DNA from: Amphiscolops sp. MND2022
Taxonomy: Eukaryota
NCBI GenBank assembly: GCA_964187785.1
Contig: OZ076409.1
Coordinates: 76,510,001-76,574,000 of the forward strand
Length of the DNA: 64,000 nucleotides
Reading direction: 5' to 3'
Shown here: one piece after another, positions 25,383-37,700 of the stretch
Numbering within the stretch: the first letter of the stretch is position 1
How the letters are laid out: every line of letters starts with the position of its first letter
Position numbers and translations under genes: made by a program
The notes under the pieces: model-generated
Seen by the model: the letters and a program-made list of their open reading frames with translations, nothing else
Database searches by the model: none
What the model was told of the DNA's origin: nothing

Positions 25383-28300
25383 AAGATAAACTATCCTAAA
25401 ACAATTTACACAATCGCAGAATGAAACCAGTGGAAGTTTACTGAGATAAAATTTGAACAACCACAGAGTGAAGTCAGCGGAATTCTTCTCAGATAAAATT
25501 TTAACAACCGCAAAATGGAATCAGCTGAATTTTCCTAAAATAATTCCAACAACCGCATAATGAACTCAATGGAATTATTCAAGCTAAAATTCAAACAACC
25601 GCAGAAAAAAATCAACGGAGTTATTCTAAGATAGAATTTGAACAACCGCAGAATAAAATTAGCGGAATTTTTCTAAGTTAGAAAATAAAGAACCGCAGAG
25701 TGAAATCAGCGGAATTATTCTAAGATAGAATTTGATGAACCGCACAATGAAGTCAGCGGAATTTTTCTAAGACAGAATTTTAACAACCGCAGAATTGAAT
25801 CAGCGGAATTATTCTCAGGTAGAGTTTCAACAACCGCAGAGTGGAGTCAGCGGAGTTATTCTAAGATAAAACTTTAACAACCTCAAAATGGAATCAGCTG
25901 AATTTTTCTAAAATATTTTCAACTACCTCAGAATGAAATCAACGAAACTATTCTACGATAGAATTTGAAAATCAAAAAATGAAGTTAGCGGAATTTTTCT
26001 GAGTTAGAATTTTAACACACGGTGAATGATATCAGCAAAAATTTTCTAAGATAGATTTTGAACAACCGCAGAGTGAAGTCAGCGGAATTATTCTAAGATA
26101 GAATATAAACAACCGCCGAGTGGAGTCAGCGGAGTTGTCCTAAAACAACTTCAACAACAGCAGATTGAAGTCAACGAAATTATTCAAGTTAAAATTTGAA
26201 CAACCGCAGAATGAAATCAACGGAATTATTCTAAGATAGAATTTGAACAACCGCAGAATGAAGTCTGCGGAATTTTTCAAGTTAGAATTTTAACATCGCA
26301 GAATGAAATCAGCAGAATATTCCCGTGATAGAATTTTAACAACCGCAGAGCGAAATCAGCGGAATTATTCTAAGATAGAGTTTAAACAACCGCAGAGTGA
26401 AATCAGTGGACTTAATCTAAGAAAAAAATTTGTCAACCGCAAAATGGAATCAGCTGAATTATTCTAAAATAATTTCAACATCCCGAGAATGAAATCAACG
26501 AAATTATTCTACAATAGATTTTGATGAACCGCACAATGAAGTCAGCGGAGTTATTCTAAGATAAAACTTTAGCAACTGCAAAATGGAATCAGCTGAATTC
26601 TTCTAAAATAATTTAATTACTGCAGAATGAAATCAACTGAATTCTTCAAGCAAAATTTTAAGCGACCGCAAAATAAAATCAGCGGAATAATTCTAAGATA
26701 GAATTTTACGAACCACAAAGTGAGATCAGCGGAATTATTCTAAGATAGAATTTAAAAAACCGCAAAATGAACTGGAATCAGCTGAATTATCCTAAAATAA
26801 TTTCAACAACCGCAGAATGAAATCAACGTATATATTTGAATTAAAATTTGAACAATCGCAGAATTAAATCAGCGGAATTTTCCCAAGTTAGAATTTTAAC
26901 ACTCGCAGAATGAAATCAGCAGAAGTTTTCTAAGATAGAATTTAAACAAACCGCGAAGTGAAGTCAGCGTAAGTTTTCTAGGTTAAAAATTTTACACCCG
27001 CAGAATGAAATCAGCAGAAATTTTCTAGGATAGAATTCAAACAACTGCAGAGTGAAGTCAGCGGAATTACTTTAAGATAAAATTTTAACAACCGCAAAAG
27101 TAAATCAGTTGAGTTTTTCTAAAATAGAATTTTAACAACCACAGAGTGAAATCAGCGGAATTATTCTAAGATAGGATTTAAACAACTGCAGAATGGAATC
27201 AGCGGAATTATTCTAAGGTAGAATTTCAACAACAGCAGAGTGAAACCAGTGGAATTTTTCTAAGATAGAATTTAAACAACCGCAGAGTGAAGTCTGCGCA
27301 GTTATCCTAAAATAATTTCAACAACCGCAGAATGAAATCAGCGGAATTATTCTAAGATAGAGTTTAAACAACCGCAGAGTGAAATCAGTGGACTTAATCT
27401 AAGAAAAAAATTTGTCAACCGCAAAATGGAATCAGCTGAATTATTCTAAAATAATTTCAACATCCCGAGAATGAAATCAACGAAATTATTCTACAATAGA
27501 TTTTGATGAACCGCACAATGAAGTCAGCGGAGTTATTCTAAGATAAAACTTTAGCAACTGCAAAATGGAATCAGCTGAATTCTTCTAAAATAATTTAATT
27601 ACTGCAGAATGAAATCAACTGAATTCTTCAAGCAAAATTTTAAGCGACCGCAAAATAAAATCAGCGGAATAATTCTAAGATAGAATTTTACGAACCACAA
27701 AGTGAGATCAGCGGAATTATTCTAAGATAGAATTTAAAAAACCGCAAAATGAACTGGAATCAGCTGAATTATCCTAAAATAATTTCAACAACCGCAGAAT
27801 GAAATCAACGTATATATTTGAATTAAAATTTGAACAATCGCAGAATTAAATCAGCGGAATTTTCCCAAGTTAGAATTTTAACACTCGCAGAATGAAATCA
27901 GCAGAAGTTTTCTAAGATAGAATTTAAACAAACCGCGAAGTGAAGTCAGCGTAAGTTTTCTAGGTTAAAAATTTTACACCCGCAGAATGAAATCAGCAGA
28001 AATTTTCTAGGATAGAATTCAAACAACTGCAGAGTGAAGTCAGCGGAATTACTTTAAGATAAAATTTTAACAACCGCAAAAGTAAATCAGTTGAGTTTTT
28101 CTAAAATAGAATTTTAACAACCACAGAGTGAAATCAGCGGAATTATTCTAAGATAGGATTTAAACAACTGCAGAATGGAATCAGCGGAATTATTCTAAGG
28201 TAGAATTTCAACAACAGCAGAGTGAAACCAGTGGAATTTTTCTAAGATAGAATTTAAACAACCGCAGAGTGAAGTCTGCGCAGTTATCCTAAAATAATTT

Positions 28301-28537
28301 CAACAACCGCAGAATGAAATCAGCGGAAATATTCTAAGATAGATTTTAAACAACCGCAAAAAGAAATCAGCGGTTTTATTCTAAGGTAGAATTTCAACAA
28401 CCTCAGAGTGAAATCAGCGGAATTATTCTGAGATAGAAATTAAACAACCGCAGAATGAAATCAGCGGATTTATATCAAGATACAAGTTTAACAACCGCAG
28501 AATGAAAGCAATGGAATTAATCTAAGATAGAATTTTA
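25383..28537. repeat. Tandem array of ~45-47-bp units (roughly 65-68 copies)
   Basis: Consensus approximately aaccgcagagtgaaatcagcggaattattctaagatagaatttaaac; includes a 982-bp higher-order duplication. Confidence 0.97.
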
Positions 28538-29436
28538 GTAAGAAAAGGGTAGAATCAGAAATCTCCACAAAAAAAGTTTACGTTAATTTAGACTCACCAA
28601 ACGGGGACCGATTAGAAGTGAAAAGGGTTTTCTAAGATAGAACATTCAGCTGGGAGAAGTATACCTCAGCAAATTTTGGGACAAGAGTAATTTGCTGAGA
28701 TGAGTGCCGAAGCTAAAGAAGAGGAGAGGAGAAGAAGATAGACTTTTTTATATCCAAAGGAGAAATAATGTGAAAAAAAGGAAGATAAGAGAAGTAAGAG
28801 AGGTGGAGCCAGGAAAGAGAAGTGAAGGAGGAAGAGAGCTTCTTTTGAGTTTAAGCTCTGCTGGTTTTCCGGGAAGAACGAATCCCCAGCCTGTCCAGGC
28901 CGTATAAAAACAGTTGAGCAGTTTTGTGAGATCGCCTGGCCGGCCAATTCTGTATTCAACCAATAACAGCTTAGCTTAAACTCTAAGTAACCGCGGTAAA
29001 TTATAGAAATGTTCATTTGTGCAACCTCGCGGTATTCGTATTCTTCTTTTATTCTTTTGTTTCGCGGCAGTTGATATTTTGCCTCAACCGCCTCGTTAAT
29101 TCTTCAATCTTCTTCTCCTTCTCTCTCCACGTTAGTTCAATTTCCTGTTTAGTTTTGCAGGTGTATTTGAATAAAAACAGCACTGTAGACCTGGGGCGAT
29201 TGTTGATCTTTCTATTAATTCACGTGTCTTTCAATTATAAACGGCACTGTAGCCAGGGGTGGTTGTTGAGCTTTTTGTTTTTGCAGGTGTTTTTTGGATA
29301 TAAACTGCACTGTAGCACGAAAGGGATTGTTAAGCTTCTTAATTCTGCAGGTGTTTTTCAAATTTTGATTGTTGTACAATTTATTGTTGCAGATGCTTTT
29401 CAAATATGATTGTTAAGCGTTAGTCATAACGCGACA
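28533..29436 (-). repeat. Unique part of the right long direct repeat (putative 5' LTR U3)
   Basis: Homologous to 22353-23237; homology stops sharply after ...gcgaca at 29436. Confidence 0.85.
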
Positions 29437-30919
29437 GTGTCCTCATTGATTGCGTAAAAGACCTACTCTTGTTCTGCGCTATGCGGCTTTTTTCGCAAAA
29501 AAAATTTTGATATGGTCAGAAGAACCGTTCACCTTTTGAGAAATTTTCGGCTTGAATAGAAGCCTTTTGTTAAAAAAATTGATGCTTTCGGGTTTTTCGT
29601 CACTGATTTTGGTTTTTTGGCAATTTTGAATTTTTTTACAAACTGGGTTTTTAATGTTTCTACTTAGGGAAAAAGGGATTTTTTAGTCTTATGACTAGCC
29701 CTTTGGGCACTTTTTGGAATGGTAAATTTGATAATATTTTTCACGCAAGTATCCCTTTGCATAGTTTTAACACTTGACCCTGTTTGTACTTTGAGCGATG
29801 CGGCGATTTGGGCCGTTCGCGTATTGTTCAAATGTTGGCATGGAAATGACTGACTTAGCTGCTTCGTATAATTTTCGTAGAGGCGAATGGAAACTTACCG
29901 ATAAGCAAGGAATCAATTTTTGGTACAACTTTGTTGTTAGCATAGGTTCTACATCACTTTGCTGACTCAGTATTAGAACTCTGTGGAAACGTAATGGAAT
30001 ATAAAGAATAATGTTCTGAGTTCAAGAGAATGGAAACACTGAAGTTCGTTGGAAATGAGCCAAGCGAAATCAAATATAGAGAATAATGACCTGCGTTCCA
30101 GAAAATAGCCCCCTCCGGGGCTCAGTACTATTTATGCTTTAATCATTAATATTAATTCATTATTAATAGAATCATATCTGGAATACCAATACACTCTTGT
30201 TTAATCATTACTTAGCGCACAATTATTCACTATACAAGTTTACACCGCCTTTGATTCTTCTCGGACTAAAGAAAATATAACTATTAAGCGTAGACGAAGT
30301 TTCGCAGTCGCAGTTGGATGCAGGCGAAGCTCTCAACGAAGGAATAATTAACACTCATTCGCTTCATGTCAATAACTCGGAGCAACGAAAGCACAATTAC
30401 GAACATTCGCTCGCGTCATCTCAATGACGTCAGCATACGAATGAATAATTACCACTCACTCGTTCCATCGCACTAGAATTGAATTGTCGTCGGCAGCTTG
30501 AGAAATTTAATTCCCACGCTTACAGTCACTGCCGATCAAAATATCTGAAATATTCAGTATCGTACGAAAAATTGTCCTGAAAAAAAGTAGACAGTTTGAG
30601 GTTACAATAATATCTCTGCTAAAGCAGAAATATTAATAATCAAAACACTGAAGTTCGTTGGAAATAAGCCAAACAAAAGTAATAAAATAAAAAGAACAAT
30701 GATCAGCGTTGAAGAGAATTAAAACACTGAAGTTCGTTGGAATTGAGCCAGACAAAGTTTCTCGAAATTACGTGTAATTTACAGTGCTCTTGGGAATTTG
30801 TATTGCAGAAAAAGGCTAATATAGCAACGTTTTGTCTCCAGCTGTCACTGTACGTTCCAATTTTAATCAATTTCAAAAAAATTCACAGCAAAACCCTTGG
30901 AAGTAAAAATCGACTGCCC

Positions 30920-31272
30920 GATGATTAGAGCATTTGCTTGGAAAACCAAAAAGCTCGGGTTCGAATCACGCTCAGCGTGATTTTTTTGTGTCCAAATTTA
31001 TCTCTAGAATTTGCGCTTTCAGTTATATCGTCTGTTATAATTTCATTTCTTTAGGCAACTCTTTTTGTTTTCACGAAGGGTCCTGCTTCTGAGTATTTTG
31101 ATTTTTTAAGTTGGGGAAAAGCGTTTTTCGAGTTTCGAGGGTGCCCCATTCGGGTATTTTCCAACACTGCGAGATTAATAAGAGTCTTTCTATTTGTTCT
31201 TAAGATAATTTGAAAGTTTTCTCTGTTTTTGAGCTTTAGGCGGGCGCCGAGTTGGGCTGTTCCCGGCTTGTT
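30920..31272 (+). mobile_element. HINE-family 3' fragment; further 3' ends at ~29790-29828 and ~53965-54027
   Basis: Ends ggcgccgagttgggctgttcccggcttgtt, matching the family terminus; the left boundary is approximate. Confidence 0.65.
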
Positions 31273-31336
31273 AACTTTTTTGTAATCTTAGATCACAAAT
31301 TTTGACATTTTAACTGGTTAGCCTTGATGCAAATTA

Positions 31337-32906
31337 CAGTAGACTCGCTATTTTAAGAACACATCGGACGGTTCGTTTCAGATTTTCGTTCGTTAAATCG
31401 ATTCGTTCGTAAAATCAAATACAGGCAAAACTTCGCTCGAAATTCAGGAAATTGTTTTTAAAACACGAAAGATTTTTTGAAAAAGTCAGTCAGTGTCTTT
31501 TGCCAGAACCCCGTCATTCGTTTTGAAGCGGCGAGCTCCCGGAGACTCTTCAGTACGTCTTCAAGTCGTAGCTTTTGGCTGCTCTACTAGCCATTGCAGG
31601 GCTAGGGTTAGGCTGTCGAAAGCCCGCGGGTGAGATATTTTTGGCAGGTTTGGCAATAACTTGTAAATTAAACTTGATGTAAGTTTCATCAAAATTTAAA
31701 ATTTGATCTCGCGATTATGAAGCGACAGACTGCGGAAATGTGTTAATAAAGGCTAATGAACACTCGTGATCAGCGGATGTTTTTTCCTCTTGGATTGAGA
31801 CGTTATTGAGCACATGGCGTTTGCAAAAATTTAATATGTAACCCGCACTTGCCGTAAAATTAACTGATATGTTCGGATATAGCATTGGGAAAAATTGCTG
31901 AGCTTTTTCCGTCATCATAGGCCCGATAACAGGAAAATTTTCTCGGATCAGTCTGACCCCCTGAAATAACGCCGCATCAAGTTCCGGGTAGGAAAATGTT
32001 CTAGGCGATTTTTTATTTGAGTTTAAACAGTTTCCAGACGATTGAAGGACGGTACGTTCTAGTTCATTATCTTTTTGAAACACTACCAGTAATTGTAGAT
32101 CTACCAATTCCATAGTTCGCGCGAATTTCTGCATATGACTTTTTCTCGTGATTCAGTTCGCATATCTGTAGTTTTTTGAGAAATTGTCAATCTTTTACGT
32201 TTTTTCCTTTGAGGTTCTTCCATGGCGTAGCTAAGTAAAAAAGTGAAAGCAACCTATGCGGACGCTAATCTGATTGGCTGACACGCGCACGCACCAATGG
32301 ACTCGATTGCATTTTCTACTACTAAGAAAGGTGGTTTCCCAAATGACATAAATGCAAATAACATGAGATTAAATTGATTCCCAGAAAACATAAAAAAACA
32401 TTGAATTCCCATTTAACATAAAAATAAAATATTATAACGTAGTCAGATATGGTCACATAACCCTAGTGCCCTAAATGCAGGAGCGAAGGGAAGCGGAGCG
32501 ACGTGCCATATGGCCATGCCTCAATGTTGCTACTTGGCGAAGGGAGCGAAGCGACCGAGCCATACAACAAATATGCAAACCTTTTCAAATTATTCAAGTT
32601 CCAACATATTGGCTGTAAGAATGATTCAGCGCAAGCCGGAAAATAACGCAAGGCTGAATTTCAATTTTCAACCAATCAGAAGCGTTTAATTGTTTTATGT
32701 TTTCTGGGAATTAATATTTTTTTATGTTATTTGCATTTATGTCATTTGCATTTATGTCATTTGGGACGTAATCCTAAGAAATACCTCTCATTCAGGTAGT
32801 GTCCTCTCATTCATTACCATGTTATGAATTGCGTCATTAACACACTGAAGTGTCCGTAAATTCGCGAGTTCACTAATCAGAAATTCGTAAAATCGCGAGC
32901 TTACTG
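31337..32906 (-). mobile_element. pogo/Tigger-like transposon, internally deleted
   Basis: TIR cagtagactcgctattttaagaa vs cagtaagctcgcgattttacgaa, TA on both sides. Minus-strand remnants from ATG 32223 (RKKRKRLTISQKLQI) and YPELDAALF...FTASAGYILNFCKRH, CENP-B/Tc5-type HTH domains. Confidence 0.88.
32330..32772. mobile_element. MULE-like MITE with long TIRs, nested in the Tigger element
   Basis: TIR tcccaaatgacataaatgcaaataacat...ttcccagaaaacataaaa with its reverse complement at ~32693-32766; TSD (a/c)ctaagaaa. Confidence 0.78.
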
Positions 32907-34849
32907 TACACTGATCGTATTACACTGATCACACTGAAAATTTCCCCTTTTTCCAAAAATGATCTCGAGAGAAAAATCAACGTTGAATGACATCTATACC
33001 TAATCTTAACATGTGTGGATTGATGATTAATTTCTCCTAAAGATGAATTTTCAAGGAATTTCTCGGTCATCGTCAGTTTTGCTCACAAAATATTCAAACC
33101 GAAGTTGCTCGAAACGATATGAAGTTCTGAGAACTTGTGTTTCCACACAAAGCGGCTTCTTCTTAGATGCTTTTTAGCTATCTGTACTGAAGGATTTTTC
33201 TCACGTTCCTAAATTTGGCACTATCTCATCTTTCAGTTATAAAATTGCCCCCTTGAACTGTGGGCCTTCATTCCCGTCGCAGACAAACATTCATTTTTCA
33301 CAGCCTTCTCTGCGGGAGACTTGAAGTAGTTAGAGGAAATCAAAACAGTGTTTCACCTATTACAAGGCTTGTTTTTTTTGTAGATGCACCAATTTACGTT
33401 CCAGAATCGGGGTCCTCTGACATTCAGGGAACTGGAATTTTCTAATTGGAAACTTGATAAAATTTGCCACTAAACCTCAAATTCACCAATTTTCATGCAC
33501 ATTTCTCAATTAAACGAAACTTAGATCGATAAAAGTATCATTTTTATTGTGGATGGTTAACTCTGCTCACTCACGATAAACAGTATGTTTGCCGGTGAAC
33601 CACATTTGCACCCTATAATCATGTGGTATTTTGCACTGAAGCGAGAGATGAAAATTGCAGTTGTATCCAACTGTCGGAGCATGCCTTACAGTTAGAGGAA
33701 CATGGTAGAAAGAACCGTGGGATTCTAGTGTTGCAGTAGTACTTCACGCATCATGCTTGGGACTAAACACATTCACTCTGCATTCATTCTTTCGATTTGA
33801 GGCTATGTTTCTTTTATATGCTCAGTACCATTGGATTTTGAGCCCAAAGGGATGATATACACTAAATAAATTTGATGTTATTTCTGAGAAATGCACTTTT
33901 CGACTGCAAAATACAAACGAAGGACTTTCTGCGCTTCCGTAGCCCTCTTACGACAGCGCTCAGAGGTTTTAGATGGAAAGAAACATATACAGTATTGTGA
34001 TAAAAACAATCACAAGGGCCAAGTTTAGGCTCGATTTTATCAAAGCCTGCATAAATCTTTTAAAAAGTCAGGTGAAAATTTCCGATATTTGCATCTATCT
34101 AGTTTACGTTAGTTATTTTCTTAGTAGGTTCTGTGACTGGATTAGTGAGAATCAGAACCAACTAATTTTGAGCAAATTCAAAACAATTTTCCGTTCTCAA
34201 GTTTCTGGTCGTTTTACCTCTAGTTTTCTGACGAATTTTATACTTGATTGAATCGCGAACTTCAACTTTGGCTCCGAAAAAAGGTATTCTTGCGAGAAAC
34301 TGCGTTTCAAACATTCCTTCCAAGATTTTGCTAGTAAATGTATTTCTAGCAAGTGTCTCATAAAGAAACGTTATTCTAGCAAGATCTTTCAAAGAGACAC
34401 ATTTCTTGCAAAGCACTCATTGCTGGCCAGCCCAGGATTTTTCAAGGAATGCAATTTACGCAAGAATCTTGCAAGGTTATATCAAAAAATGCAAGGAAAA
34501 GGCATTGTCTTGGAAGATCTTTTCTCAACTAGGGATCTGAAACCATGAAGTTGTTTGATTGTAAAAATGATCAACTGTTTCAATAACATCATAGTCGTAA
34601 GTGAACATTTTCCAATCTACATGGATTAGTAATGATTTCTAGGTTTTTGCGATGAAAACTCCTATTATTAAATTTTGGTAGAGATGTTAATTATGCAACA
34701 TATTGGAAGAACATCAATATTTGTCAAGTACCTGTTCACCAAAGATCCTAGAAAGCTCCGTTCACACTTATAGGAATTCCCTTAAACTTCGCCAATTCAA
34801 GTATTATTGCCACATTCTCTTCACATGCCAAAACTTGGCACCTCGCTAT

Positions 34850-35800
34850 CATGGCGCTGCGAGCAAATGGATCGGAAGATTCAACTTATCGACTTTCGGA
34901 CAAGATGCTGAAAGGCCACCAACAATTGGAGGCACAAGAGTATGCATACAGCAACGAAGAAACCGGTGAGTTTGTTTTATTTTGCCGTTGTAATATAGGA
35001 CGGAAGGTGCTGATGGATAACTACCTACTCATAAACATATTAACAATCGAGCTGATGGCACTGCTGGAGTATTGTGGAACATGTTTTGAAGTCCACAGAG
35101 ATAGAAACCTGGACCGCAATACCTTTCTATCCAGGAACAGAAACCGAACAAGTCGCTCCGCTCCACCAGTTGAGGAGCATCCTAAATGGTTTAGCTGCAA
35201 AGTGCGACTTTGGTGAGCAACCTGAATGTCTGGTGTATAAAAACTATTCTGAACATTTCAAACGAGCAGGTGCAAAAAACATGCAAAAACCTAAAAAAAT
35301 CCACTAGACGCGCCCCAGCTCTCAATGACAATGGACTATCGGCCCACCAAGTTCATCATCGACTGCAAAAGAGGAACCAGTATTTGCGATATCAGAAAAA
35401 AGCGAACAAGAAAAAAGGTTGAAAATATGGTGCCGCTGAGGCTCACAGTAACACACATGAACAGATGCAAAGGCCTTGATTCAGTCTGAAATTACTGTGG
35501 AATGAAAGGTCATTTCGAGCGATGTTGCAATTCCAAACAAAAGGCCTCAATGAGCAAAAAGAGCCAAAATGGCAGACGAGTGCAAACAATCGTTTATTAC
35601 AAGTTTTCGGATGGAATTAGCATGGTCCTGAAAATGGAACGAGACGGAAAGTGCGATACAACGCTATAATACATGGATTGTTCATGGATGTAAAATCAAA
35701 ACCATGATTGATACTGGAACATCTGTCACCATTTTCACGATCGACGCGAATAATGATGAAAAACAGTTGTGGGTGGTACATAAACACATCAGGAAGCCTC
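34850..35800 (+). pseudogene. Highly decayed Gypsy gag-protease fragment
   Basis: YCGMKGHFERCC knuckle (~35490-35530) and protease MIDTGTSVTIF (~35705). Confidence 0.65.
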
Positions 35801-36272
35801 GTAGTTTTGTTGCGAAAATGGTGTAGTGTCAAATTTTGGCAGAGAATGGCTATCAACACTAAAGTTTACTCTGTCTCAATTGCCAGTTGTTGAGTTGAAC
35901 GTTTTTGTGATTGAAAAGAAGAAAACAACTGAGTGAAGAGACGAAAAGTACGTGAATGACTTTTCGAAGTTGCTTGCACGAAAAGGAAAAATGTTTGTGA
36001 AAAAACGCAATAAACATTCGGATAAAGGATGAAGCTAAATGAACCCGACAAAAAATTTCATTTTTGATACGAAAGGTGGTTAATAAAAAAAAGATTGCTA
36101 AAAGTGAGAAATTAGCTAGGCTCGACGTATTGTGCTTAAAATGAGTGTCGGCGTAATGCTGCAGTTCCTAAAAAGTAATCTCAATGCATGCATTAACAAT
36201 GTAAAATGTTCATGTAGTTATCATTAGTATCGTGGAAAAATGTAATTGAAACAAAATATATCCTCCACTTGC

Positions 36273-36564
36273 CGTTTTGAGTGTGGGTGAATTCGTCGTG
36301 GTAACTATAATTGTCGTGGAAATCGACCATTGACAAGTTTTCACCTATCCTAACTGAAGTAGCAGCCACTGATTGGCTGTCGTCTCTGAGCCAATTGGAA
36401 AGAAGCATGTTCTGATCAAACTGGAACAGCTGTTGTTCACGTGATCCACCTGGCATGTATTCCAGAGGAGGTGAGTCTGTATTGCTTTCGGTGGATGTAT
36501 GCGACATCAAGCGGTCAAAAACGGCACTGCCAGGGACCACCGACATTCTCACTTCACTTGAGAC
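36273..36564 (-). CDS. Candidate upstream coding exon (ATG 36546), possibly the first coding exon of the lectin gene
   Basis: Acceptor ttgttacag|GTC; open, non-TE-like frame MSVVPGSAVFDRL...FTHTQN; phase-1 donor G|gcaagt (GC-AG type) where the composition turns AT-rich; the phase matches exon 17020-17094. Confidence 0.5.
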
Positions 36565-37172
36565 CTGTAACAACGTTGATAATGCTTTAAAATTTACTGA
36601 ATTTTTTCAATGATTTTATTTTACAAATTTTACATGATTTTCAAAAGGCCTTTCAATAAGAACTTTTTGGGAAACATGCCCGTCTTGATAAGATCTTACC
36701 ATGGCAACATGCGTCCCGTGCCAAGGTCTTGGCAAGACATCCATGGAATGTCAGCACATGGTCGGGATTTTCTCTGTTACTCCTCTTAGTAAAATTTATA
36801 AAATTTACGAGCAATCCCCCCAAATTAGTGACAAAACTGATTCCGTCACTGATTTCATTCGCAAAAACTGGACTGCCAAGTGGTGTTGATTTTGCTCTGT
36901 TCAGGTCGATAAAAAAACCAAGTTTAACCATATCAACGAAATTGAGTTTTTAGAGCCGATTTTTATAATGAGTAGGGATTTAGCCTTGATTTTGAGTTTG
37001 AATTTTTATGGTGTCATGGAATTCTTGCCGTAGTAGTTTTCATCTTCCGAAATCTCCATCATTGCACTAGTCCCAAGTAATTGAGCGCAGCATAATTTGT
37101 ACAGCACTAATACATTCAATTTTCGGGTAACATTTACCGCCACCCCAGAGAGATTTCAAAATCCTCAAGTTG

Positions 37173-37700
37173 AACAAGCCGGGAACGGCCCAAGTCGGCG
37201 CCATGTCTAAGGCTCAAAAATAGCAAAAAGACTTCAAAGTGTCAAAGTATTCTCTTCTACAGTACCTGAAAAACCCAAAAGTTCAACCGAATTGGCGCAC
37301 CAGAGGGGACACTTTGAGATTTTTCATCCATTCTGTCGCAAAATCATCAAAATTTGACGGGGGCCTTTTTGGTGAAAAACTAATTTGGAAAAAAGTCTCA
37401 CAATGCCGAAAAAACTGAAAGGGGGGACCCTTTGTGGAAAAGTTTGAAGGGGGGACCCGAAAATACTCTAAGGGAGTACCCTTTGGTCCCGTTGAGTTTC
37501 TTAGATGATGTAAAAACACTATTTCGTAAGTTTTTGCGCCATTATTTACAAATTTGCTAAGTAAGAATAGTAAAAAATTGCGAGATAAGATTGTAAGGAT
37601 TGTAAGAAAAGTGGACCATTCAGAGTGAGATTGTAGGCTGAAAAACTACCCACTGTAGTAGTCGGGCTTTTTTCCTTAAGGGAAAAGGCGCCAACTAAAA
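37173..37700 (-). mobile_element. HINE-family element, complete
   Basis: aacaagccgggaacggcccaagtcggcgcc ... agtcgggcttttttccttaagggaaaaggcgccaactaaaa. Confidence 0.75.

Larger units (their letters stand above)
22213..29436 (-). mobile_element. Putative non-autonomous LTR element with satellite-containing LTRs and an orphan internal coding region
   Basis: Two long direct repeats starting TGT(T/C)GC on the minus strand flank ~2.1 kb of decayed ORF-like DNA (e.g. ORF 24771-25199) with no gag/pol motifs. PBS, PPT and TSD are not convincingly seen. Confidence 0.55.

Noticed and set aside
25383..28537. CRISPR array
   Set aside because: Units are contiguous diverged monomers with no unique spacers, there are no cas genes, and the context is eukaryotic.
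29940..30750. Solo LTR with three copies of aaacactgaagttcgttggaa
   Set aside because: The repeats are real (~30034, ~30643, ~30722), but no TG...CA boundaries or TSD were found.
30940..30990. tRNA gene
   Set aside because: Only a T-arm/B-box-like motif; no acceptor stem or cloverleaf.
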